A stretch of DNA of 64,000 nucleotides from positions 62,001 through 126,000 of the forward strand of contig QPMI01000477.1 of the NCBI GenBank assembly GCA_004431415.1. Direction: 5' to 3'. The DNA is from Cyanophora paradoxa CCMP329 (lineage: Eukaryota; Plantae; Glaucophyta). The translations under genes were made by a program, and so were the position numbers. Under the pieces are notes generated by a model that was not told where the DNA came from, made no database searches, and saw nothing but the letters and a program-made list of their open reading frames with translations. Below are positions 29,527 to 39,541 of the stretch, piece by piece (the first letter of the stretch is position 1; each line of letters begins with the position of its first letter).

Positions 29527-32191
29527 ATGCACTTTCAGCTGCCCCCCGCGGACGAGGAGCAGCGCTCCGTCTGGCGGTTCATGCGGAGCGCGCTCGAGTC
29601 GAGGCCCGCACCGCGCTCGGCGGGCTCGAGCGCTGCAGCCGCCGCCGGGGACAGGAGCCGCGGGGGCTTCTGGGCGAACGCGCGCGCGCTCGGCCTCATC
29701 CTCGGGGGCCCGTCCCTCTTCGGCGCCCTCCAGTTCGGCCTCCCCTACCATTCGATCCCGCACCACGTCGGCCGAGCCTTCCTGCTCGGCCTGCTGACTT
29801 CCCTGGGGGCCGGCGCGAACGGTGACTTGCACGCGCGCTGACTACAGATCGGCTTTGACTTGAAATTCCGCCCGGCAGGCGCCTTCTGGTTCTCGACGTT
29901 TACGCGGGCCCCGCTCCGGAGAATCTCCCTCGCTTACGCGGCCCTCTTCGTCGCTCTCTCCTCCGCTCTCTTCGCGGCTCTCGACGCCGCCGTAGACTGT
30001 GCGTCCGCAGATTCATCCGACGTCTCTTGGGCGCCCTCGCGGTGACGCGGCCCCCGCATGCGCAGTGGCTCGAATCCCGTTCGCCACTCTGGGGCTGCTA
30101 CTTATCTTCCTCGTCTCCAACCAAATCTGCTCCCGCCTGCTCGCTCGCTTGTATTTTCGGCGGGTTGGTTCCATCTTCTACGGCGGCGGCGCGGCCTCCA
30201 GCTCGAATCCGGACGTGGCTCTGCCGTCCAGCTTTAGATCGGCGCCTGGATCCAGCCACCCCTCCCGCGCCTTCGTCGTCGTGGGGCGATTCCAGGTACC
30301 GATGTTCGCGCGCCCCGGCCGCTGCAGCTCGCCTCTGATGTTCGTTGCAGTCGTTGAGCAGTCTTTTGCTCGCGGTATGCGAGACACTCCCCCCCCCCCG
30401 CCCCCCCCCCCCCTCTTCTCCCCGCCCCCGCCCCCCCCCCCCCCCTCTTCTCCCGCCCCCGCCCCCCCCCCCCCCCTCGCGGTATGCGCCCTCCCCCCCC
30501 CCCTCCTCCCCCCCTCTCCCCAGAACCCCGCCTTGCGCTCCTTCGGCCACCTGATGCCCCGCCTGCAGATTCTAGGGGGTTACCTGTTCCTTTTCTCGTA
30601 CATACGGTCGACAGTCGTCCAGGTCGGCAAAGCTTTGGATTCGCGAAGGCTGTTAGCACTGAGCCGCGGCCGGTCGATTTCCGCAGGTTTTCCTGAACAT
30701 CGCCGTGACTTCCGTCTGCTTCTTCATCGTGCTGCTCCAGCTCAAGCTGTTCGGCGGCTCGCTCCTGGCAAGCATGCCACACGGCGACGCCGCCGTAATC
30801 CACGTCCTCAACATGATGTGAGCCTTGCTTGAGCCCCTCAGACTCGCACCTCCGTCAGATCTAGATTCTCTCGTGGCGGGCCCCCTGCAGCTAGCTATGA
30901 CGCTGACGGAAAGGCGGGCAGGATCAACGTGCGCGTGCTGCGCCAGCTCGCCTTCTTCCAAGTGAAGTCGGTCACCGTCTACCTCGTCTCCATCGCCACC
31001 GACCTCCTCTCCCTCCTCCTCCCCCTGCTCCTCCTCCTCCGCCGCTTCGCCCGGCCCTTCGCCCGCCGCGCCGTCCCTTGGCTCCGTGCCCGGTCGGCGG
31101 TCCCCGCCGACGCGAGGCAAGGAGAGGGGGCGAGCACGCCGGCCCCCACGTCTACGGACGCTGCGACGATTCGGAGTCCGAGCCGCGTCAATCCGACGCC
31201 GGCATCTGATGGCGCCGAACGTCCTTCGTTGTCAGAGCACCCCGCGGAGCGGGCGAGCGGCAGCAAGGGCATCGATATCGCCGCCTCGTCATCTCTGTCG
31301 ACGCGAAGCGCCCACGTAGCCGCCCCGGCCGCGGGCGACGCGGTGTCGATCGCGAGCCGAAGCCCGACTTTCGACCGGGGGTCCGGAACCGTGGCCGGGG
31401 CTGCAGATCCGGATGCGAGCCTCTGGGTGTACAACGTGCAGCACGGCATCCGGTTCGCCCCCCGGCTCGCTCGCTGGGACTCTAGATCTCGATCTGCAGC
31501 TGCCGCTGAAGCGCGCGCAGGACGATGCTGCTGTGGAACGCGGTGGTGGCGTGGGCCGCCTGCGCCATCTTCGCCACCGCCGTCGCCGTCGCCCGCTTCG
31601 GCCCGGGCGCCGCCTCCTTCCCCTACTCCCCCGCCACCTTCTCCCGCGCCGACTTCGAGAACGCCCTCATCTTCTCGGCGGTCACCGCGTGCGCCGCGTT
31701 TTCTGTAGCTTCAGATCGATGCCGATGTCGGTCCGCTCGAGATCTGACTCACGGCGTCGGTCGACCTGCAGCGGGTTCAACGCCGCCGTCGTTGCCGCCA
31801 TGCACGCCGCGGCTGCCTTCTTCCCGAACCTGCGGGACCACCTCGGCCTCGCCCCCTCCTGGCGCTTCCTCCGGTGCGCGGCAGCCCTCCTGTCACCGCG
31901 TCTCCTTGCTCTCGATGTCGTGTCCTTTGATCCGGACTCTTGGGTTCGCAGCGAGCACGCCTTCACGCTGGCCTTCATGTTCTGGCCATCCACCGGCTCC
32001 GCTTTAATTGCGTTCAACCGCCAGGTCCGAACACCCCCCGCCCCCCCCTTCCCCCCCTGTTCTCACCCCCCCCCTCCCTCTACCCCTCCTCCCCCCCGTC
32101 CCCTATTTGCTTTGCTGATTCGACTCCGCGCACCCTGCAGACCAACATTTACTACTTCGTCTTCCCCGAAAATTACGTTCCCCTGTCTTAA
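29527..32191 (+). CDS. Multi-exon, multi-pass membrane protein, tandem copy 1; start uncertain
   Basis: Hydrophobic exons (ALGLILGGPSLFGALQFGLP, ISLAYAALFVALSSALF, LLWNAVVAWAACAIFA) separated by short GT..CAG introns. Ends NIYYFVFPENYVPLS*. Confidence 0.65.
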
Positions 32192-32395
32192 GCTTGATGG
32201 GCTTGTACCCTCCGGGCGCCCCAGCAGGGCCCAGCTGCAGGCTCTCGGCGCGTCCGCCCTTCTCATGGCCTCCTCCAAGTCCGCCCGCGGACCCGACGCC
32301 TTCGAGCCGGGCCCCAGAACGCCACAAGGTGTGCGCATGGTTTTTCTGCTCAAGGCCTAAATCTCCGCCGGAATGACGTTTTCGTCAGATCCCAA

Positions 32396-32833
32396 TGTTG
32401 AGCTAGAAATCCCCCATTCCGGTGCCCTAGGGGTGGCACGGGATTCTAGACAACAGGTTTATAGAGTGACTCTGACCTGCAGTGAGTGCAAGACCGGCCC
32501 CAGCGTGATGCAGGTTCAGCAGTATGACAGTACTCGTAGATTTGATCCGACAGAGTTTCACTACTCTAGTCTCTCTACTAGGCCGATCTCCGGGAATGAC
32601 AAAATCCCCTAAACACGCACGCGCCGGGCTCTTGAAGCCCTCACGCTGTCGTCCGAAGCTCTCATGATCAGATCATATGATCCGGTCAGACGGCTCAGAC
32701 ATATGAAAAGCAAGCCGCTGGATTTGAACCCGAGTCTCTAAGTACGCCGAAGCGAACTGCCGGAATTGAACCCGGGTCTCTACGAACGGCAAATTCTCTA
32801 ACGCTGCAGCCGCCTAAGATTTCGCCCGCGACA
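32396..32833 (-). repeat. 3' LTR (438 bp)
   Basis: Direct repeat of 36970-37407; no differences seen by eye. Confidence 0.95.
32706..32815 (-). promoter_or_regulatory. tRNA-like Pol III A/B-box segment inside the LTR (second copy at 37280-37389)
   Basis: The minus strand reads GGCTGCAGCGTTAG (A-box-like), GGGTTCAATTCC and GGGTTCAAATCC (two B boxes), then TTTT. Confidence 0.6.
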
Positions 32834-34821
32834 TTCGTCGCAGCAGAGAAAAGCCGTCCTCGGCGCCTGCTACCCCACCCGCGACGTTCGTCGCAGCAAA
32901 ATGCGAGGCCTAGCATATGTAAACGTAAATCAGGTCCTGAAACCTCAGTACCACGAAGAGGTCAGGCCAGAAAATACGGATACGAAATCCGACACTGAAG
33001 GCTGCAAAAGCAAAGCCCTCTGAGAACCTCGGAAATATAATTAATGCCTGCGTGCGAAATTCAGAAGACGTGCTAAATGAAAAGTGGCCGAGGCGTTCTA
33101 ACGCCCTGACGGCCCTAGCAGCACGAAGGCTGCACTAAATCTAGCAGCTCGAAGGCTGCAATACCTAAATCAGAGAAAATCAGAAACTGGCAGAGTATAA
33201 CTAAAGCTTCACATCTAGAGCTCAGAAAATATTTCTGAAGCTCAGGTACAAGCTAAACTCAACGATATGAATCGTGATCACGATCGATATTCTAAAATCA
33301 GAATATCGAGATATCGATCGCAAATCGAACAGCTCAAGCTGCGTACTGCTACTTGGCTGCGAGCTCGAGCTTGAGTCGCTGCAGATGCTGCCTACTCGCC
33401 GCGCGCTGCGGCTGATATGTACACGATTTGTACAAATGCTTCGAGCTCCAGCTGCGGCTGCCATGAAGAACGCCGACAGCTGCATACATACGCGTTGCAA
33501 ATGCGAGAAACGCAAATATGTATAATGAGAGGTCGATGCAAGGTGCGGCCATGCTTGAACCAGCATCGCCAGCACGACTCTCTCGACGAGGGGCAGTCTT
33601 GATTTGGGAATGACAGCGCCCTCGTGGACTTGCCGTGGACGTTGGCCTTGCAGACGCCGCAGCTCCTTCAACGTCGGCGAAGTCTGGCCCCTCCGGCCTG
33701 CGTCTGAATCTGTAGACGGCGAGAAAACGAGGGAGCCCTGTACATCCAAACGCGGGCGCCGCCGCGATGAGTACTTCCAAATTTCCACTCGTGATCTCTG
33801 AACCGCCTGACAAGATCCTCCGCCGTTCGACCCGAGAATTAAATTGCGGCCGGACGCACAGCTAAGGTGACGGTTGCTGTGTGCCCGCCGGCGGTAGGTG
33901 CGATTGCACGTCGAGTCCGAAGACCCAGAAGGTCCGCCGGGGATGCTCTATCCTCCGCCGGGTCAGGAGCACGACCAGAGCCGGTGCCGTCCGTAGCCAA
34001 CAGGAGATTGTGGCGTCCCACTCCCCCCCGAAGGCCAGGCGACTTCCACACCCTTCCGTCGTCCCCTCCTTGATTCCAAGCACGACAAAGGCCGGTTCCA
34101 TCCGACCATGGGAGGTGCGCTTGCCTTGTCGTCCTCTTTCTTGTTGAAGTCAAGCCCGCTCCTCACGAGACGGACTGCATCTCGACGACGCCGCGTCGAG
34201 ACACGCTTGACTTGAGTGTAGTAACCCCACGGCGACGATAACGCTGAGCTCGCGTCCGTCTGATGCAGGGCCGATTCCGGTCTCGTCGGATGGGTGTCAA
34301 CCGGTCCAGTGCTGTCCTGAGCGCCCTCCTGTCACGAGCAGGTCCGCGCCTCGAGCGAGACTTCGGGCATCCCACCCTCCACGGTTGTCCTCCCGCTCAC
34401 GACTGTCCACAGCGCCCTCCTGGGTTCTTCCCATCCTGGCCAGGGCATGGGCAGGTCCGCGCCTCGGTCGTGAACGCCGGTTCACCGGATCGGAGCGACG
34501 CCTTCTCCAAATTGTACAAATTCACGAATTCGAAGTCCGACCAGACCAAGCTCCTGGTCATGATCATAATCAAGTCACGGTCAATCCAGACCTTCAATGT
34601 CAGAAGAAAGGCCGTCGCTGTCGCAGGTGCGCGCAGTCCAGCACCGCGAAGCTGCCACCGCTCCACCCTCAACTTGAGAAGTGCAGCTGAAAATCACAAG
34701 TATACGCCACCACGTCGCAGAGACCACACCCCTCTTCGCGACGATATAAATCCTCATTGCTCCTCCGCTGGTCTTTTAATTCGCTTCACAGGCGGAGACC
34801 GAACCGCCATGGCGTATACTT

Positions 34822-35997
34822 TCACTTCGCGCCCGCCAGACTGCCGGAGCTCCGATATTTCTCGAGCTCCTGCTGACAGGCTGAATATTGCACTTGCAGC
34901 TGGTTCAACTCCCGTTGAAGTCGCTTGCTACAGACGGTAGTGTTGTGCGAGCCGCTCTTGCATTCATCGCACCAACGAGGCTGTCCGCCGCCCTGACTTG
35001 AAATTAACTTCAGCTTCTTGCTGTCGGGCTCTTCGATCGCGACGTCGTCCTCCTCGAGGCGATGACGATCAGGGAAGGCGGAAAGTTGAGCAACAGGAGC
35101 TCTTGCCGCTGCAGTAGAAAATTGATTGTCGGTCCTTGCTTGCTGCAATCGACTCTCGAGCGCGTTGCGCGACCGAACTCGACTGAAGAATTCGCGACTC
35201 CACTCCGCCAGATTATTTCTGGAGCCCTCCGGAATTTTACTCATAAGCTTGATCATTGACGGTGAAGTGATCGAATCCGACGACATTATTTCCGCGATCA
35301 ACATCTCGTCGGAGAACGAATCCTGAAGCTGCAGTAGACGACGAAGAATAACAACATTATTTATAAAAGCTTGCGCATCCAGCTCAGATGGATTTGCCAG
35401 CGCAGAGAAGCGACGTCCCGCCGTCTTGATAGTGTTCTTCAGAAGCTCGAATTTGTTGCCAGGCACCAAGCCGAGCAGGTGCTCACGAATTTGTGCCCAC
35501 GACGTCATGTCCAAGTCGCCATTGCCCGACTTCGTAGTCATGACACCCAGCACAGCCGTCGAGAAGGATCCATGCAACGGGTCACTTGTCGAGCGCTGCA
35601 GCGAAGACAGTGCAAGCTCTGCCAACGTCTTGTCGGGTTCTGTGTATGTCGGAGGCCGGATACAAATTGTTAAACGTTCCAGCGACTCGACCCACGACAG
35701 TACACCCGTATTAGTCAAAGGAGGAATTTTCTCCTTGAATTCTCGCAGTTCGTGGTGACGTGTTTGCATGTCCAGGTTGCCAGTTAACGCGTCCAGTGCG
35801 TTCTTCAACGTGTTCTCGACTGCAGCAGCTGCTACCGCTGCCGGGGCCGCAACAGGCGCCGGAGCTGGTACCGGTGGTGCAACTGGAGCCGGAGGCGGAG
35901 CTGGCGCAGGCGCAGGAGCAGGCACTTGCGCTCCATGGCCAGCCGCCCCGTGACCGCCGCGTTGGCCTCCGCCCCTGCCCCGTGTACTCGGAGCCAT
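34822..35997 (-). CDS. gag: Gag-like protein with a CCHC zinc knuckle
   Basis: 391-aa intronless ORF between the LTRs. CDECKSGSHNTTVC fits CX2CX4HX4C, preceded by a helical capsid-like region (SWVESLE..SWAQIREHL). Confidence 0.85.
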   Translation of the reverse strand: MAPSTRGRGGGQRGGHGAAGHGAQVPAPAPAPAPPPAPVAPPVPAPAPVAAPAAVAAAAVENTLKNALDALTGNLDMQTRHHELREFKEKIPPLTNTGVLSWVESLERLTICIRPPTYTEPDKTLAELALSSLQRSTSDPLHGSFSTAVLGVMTTKSGNGDLDMTSWAQIREHLLGLVPGNKFELLKNTIKTAGRRFSALANPSELDAQAFINNVVILRRLLQLQDSFSDEMLIAEIMSSDSITSPSMIKLMSKIPEGSRNNLAEWSREFFSRVRSRNALESRLQQARTDNQFSTAAARAPVAQLSAFPDRHRLEEDDVAIEEPDSKKLKLISSQGGGQPRWCDECKSGSHNTTVCSKRLQRELNQLQVQYSACQQELEKYRSSGSLAGAK

Positions 35998-36969
35998 GGA
36001 GAACTTGAGCTAGACACGTCCGCCCGCCGCTCGATACCGAGCGCCGCGCGCAGTACTAGTGCAGGCCCGCGCGCCCCTTGGGCTCGAGTTCGAATTCAGA
36101 CGTCGACTCGTGTGCACGCCCAGTCGCAGACGAGGCTTGAGAGTTGCGAGTTCACTTGCGACAGCACTAGCTCCACTAGTACAGAAGCTTAAGTGCGCTC
36201 GGCCTCGCAGCGAAGCCGAGAGCCGCTCACGGTCGACCGCGCCGCGCGCAGCCTCCCCGCCGGTGCGCCGCCGCGCGCGCGCCCGCCGATGCGCCGCGCG
36301 CCCGCGACCGGCGCGCACGCGCTCGCAGGCTCGAGCTCCCCGCCGCAGGTCCGCCGGCGCGCAGCCGGGATGCCGGCGCGCGCCCCGGTTCCGGATCCGG
36401 CGCTCCGGATCCGGCCGGCGCCCGCGGCGCTCCGCGGATCCGGATCTCGCGCGAGGTGCAGCGCCGCGCCGCGCCGACGAGCCGCCGATCTACAGCCCGG
36501 TCTGCAGTGCAGACGCTGCGACGAGCGAGCGGCGATCAGCCCTGCGACGCGTGCGTGGCGCCTAGATCTAGAGCCTCGGAGCTAGCCCGGCTAGCCGCGA
36601 CGTCGACGTCGTCGCTAGCTATAGTGGCGGCCGGCGGCCGGCATGCGCGCGCACGCGCCGCGCGCGCTAGCGACACCGGGTCCGGAGCCCAGCGCTAGCC
36701 CCAGTCGCGACCCAGGACGGATTGCAAAGGGATGTATACGCATCTTTAAGCAACGCGTAGGCGCGATGGCGCTGGCGGCAGCGTCCGCTCACCCGCGATA
36801 GGTTGCGCCGAGCGGGAAGGGGTTGAACGAATGCGCGAAACGGTTCTGGTCAGCGCACAGCGACTTCTGAAGGCACAGCGACTATGCGCATGAAATGAAC
36901 GCGAGGCGAAGCTCGCTCGGCCAGCTCGCATGCGCAGAGCCAGCGTTCGCGTTTGAGCAGCCCCCAAGA

Positions 36970-37407
36970 TGTTGAGCTAGAAATCCCCCATTCCGGTGCC
37001 CTAGGGGTGGCACGGGATTCTAGACAACAGGTTTATAGAGTGACTCTGACCTGCAGTGAGTGCAAGACCGGCCCCAGCGTGATGCAGGTTCAGCAGTATG
37101 ACAGTACTCGTAGATTTGATCCGACAGAGTTTCACTACTCTAGTCTCTCTACTAGGCCGATCTCCGGGAATGACAAAATCCCCTAAACACGCACGCGCCG
37201 GGCTCTTGAAGCCCTCACGCTGTCGTCCGAAGCTCTCATGATCAGATCATATGATCCGGTCAGACGGCTCAGACATATGAAAAGCAAGCCGCTGGATTTG
37301 AACCCGAGTCTCTAAGTACGCCGAAGCGAACTGCCGGAATTGAACCCGGGTCTCTACGAACGGCAAATTCTCTAACGCTGCAGCCGCCTAAGATTTCGCC
37401 CGCGACA
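36970..37407 (-). repeat. 5' LTR (438 bp)
   Basis: Direct repeat of 32396-32833. Confidence 0.95.
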
Positions 37408-37415
37408 CCAACTCA

Positions 37416-37471
37416 TTTTTTTTTTGAGAGACTACGGTGGGGCGAACCCCCCGTAGGTAGTGATATTAACA
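37416..37471 (-). mobile_element. Short hairpin+poly(A) retroposon, copy B
   Basis: T10-GAGAGACTACGGTGGGGCGAACCCCCCGTAGG flanked by the direct repeat CCAACTCA (37408-37415, 37472-37479). Confidence 0.75.
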
Positions 37472-39541
37472 CCAACTCAGAGTCTGATGTTCAACGGTTA
37501 TCATAGTATATTATAATCAGAGCTATATATATATAGCGATAGGTCGGCCTTGCAATTGGGGAAAGGAGAGGCCCTTAGGTCTGTTGGTCACTTGTCACAA
37601 AATTTTAGAAAGCGAAATTCGTATTTTTGAAGACACCTACTACCCCATTTTAGACCCTGGGGAGCACGATGGTCCGGCCCGTTTTCCTATGAGAGGCCTC
37701 TAATGGGCAGTAACAGCACGTCGAAAAGCATCGAAAAGCATTTTCACGAAAAGCGCAAATAACATTGGTCGTCCGAGTCGAAATTTGAAAATTATTAATT
37801 TCAAGAGACCGCACCCCATTCGCTAGGAAATAGTTTCCAAATTAACGGAGCGCCACGGGGCCGGCCAGCAAATTTGTATGAGTCAGGGTCGTTGTGTGCC
37901 ACCAGGTGGGTTTTAAATATACTTGATGCGTTAGTTGAAAGATTATCAAAATAAACAATTTAGACAGAGCCTTATTACTGCGAATTACATTCAAATGATT
38001 CATAGATTATCATTAACCACCTCCAAAAAGCGCCGAAAGTCGTTTTCATTCAGCTGAGACGACCAATGGGCCCCTCGGGGCCTGTACTCGGTACAATGGC
38101 GGCCGATTGGGCCCCGCATCGATATCTGTACCCTTGCGACACAATTTTGTACCCTCTTACTTGAGTGTGTACCCTTGCCGAGTGGACCCCCCTATTTCTC
38201 CTCCCCCCTCCCCCGTAACCGCGCGCGGTTGCGGGCCCCGTTTTAAAACAAAGAGCGGCCACCCTCACGCCTTGAGACCCCAAGACCCAAGGCCACTCCT
38301 GCTCCGCAGGGACTCGCTTGTAAAAAACATACTATAGCTATAATTATAAGTAATCGGTTGTCGCGGCCACTCGCGCTGGCATATGCATGCAGCCCCGGCC
38401 CACTTGCAGCGGCCCACTTGCTCCATCGGCCGCGGGGCTGCAGCTGCAGCAGCTGCTGCAGCTTCACCCGCGGGCTCCTGCGCTCGCGCACGCGCGCAGC
38501 ATGCTCAGGGTTCGTGAACGCTGGACAGCGCGATGCGCGCGAACCTGGAAATGTGGCTGCTGAGCAGGGAAAGCGCTTCCGGGCTCAGGCTCGATCGAGC
38601 TAACGCAGCTGCGCATCATATCATGGGCCTTCATCAGGCTTCATGGCGCATATTGCAATTGATCATGACCGATTCATGTCATCGATTCATGACCCCAATT
38701 CCTGTACATGCCTACGTATACCAAGTACCCCCCGACCACTCATTGCAGCAATTTGCAGGCTTTATTTTGCAGCTTGCGCATGCAATTGCAAGTTAAGGTG
38801 ACTCAGTGAAAGCTTAAGGCACGCAGTGCCACGCACCGAGGCACGGCCGCGGAGTCGGCGCGGAGCGGCGTGGCGCACCGCGCCGCCGCCTCAGAAATCG
38901 ATACCAGTAGTCTCCTGAGTCCTGAGCTGCACGGAGCCTGCACGGCCGCTTAACGCAGGCAGCGCAGGCTGCTGGGTCGATGCGATGGTTCAGAGGCACG
39001 AGCCTGATCATGGCCATGAGCCAGATCTGGCCGCGGACCACGCCGCCAGCGTCTTTGAGCTGCATGCGCAGCTGCAGCGGCGACCTCAGCGCGCTGCCCC
39101 TGCAGCTGCCATGTTGCTTCAACCGCTGCCATGGCCAGACAGCAGCAGCCACGTGCATTTGCGCGCCGTCCCAACGCTATTGCAAGATGCACATGTACAT
39201 GTGCGCACGGTTGAATCCCGCATGCGCGCATGCTCTCGCGGATCGCGAATGTCTGGCGACCACCCTGCTAAGCGTTGCGCTTGCAATCGCAGGCGCCGGC
39301 GTCCCGCTCAAAGCGGCCGTCGGATGTGGCCATGGCGCCATCGGTATCAGCTGCAGAGCCCCATGGCCATCACGTTCACGGGCGCCGGAGCGGCAGCGAG
39401 GCGCGCGAGATCCATCGCGATCGAGAGGCATGGCGCTCGCAATTGCAAGTGGAGCGTCGGCTGGATCGCGAAGGGCATCGCAGCCCGTCGCGGTCGGCGC
39501 CAACGCGTACGCTGGCCACGGACGGCGCGGAGCTGCAGGCG

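Larger units (their letters stand above)
32396..37407 (-). mobile_element. Non-autonomous gag-only LTR retrotransposon, 5,012 bp
   Basis: Two 438-bp TG..CA LTRs and a 4-bp TSD CCAA (32392-32395, 37408-37411). Gag on the minus strand. PBS-like TGGGGGCT lies 3 nt inside the right LTR. No recognisable protease, RT or integrase. Confidence 0.93.

Noticed and set aside
32706-32815. A functional tRNA gene
   Set aside because: The anticodon arm is missing and the T-stem and acceptor stem are imperfect; kept only as a tRNA-like promoter segment.
33222-34700. pol or chromodomain remnants inside the LTR element
   Set aside because: No protease D[ST]G, RT YxDD or integrase motif was seen in the short ORFs.
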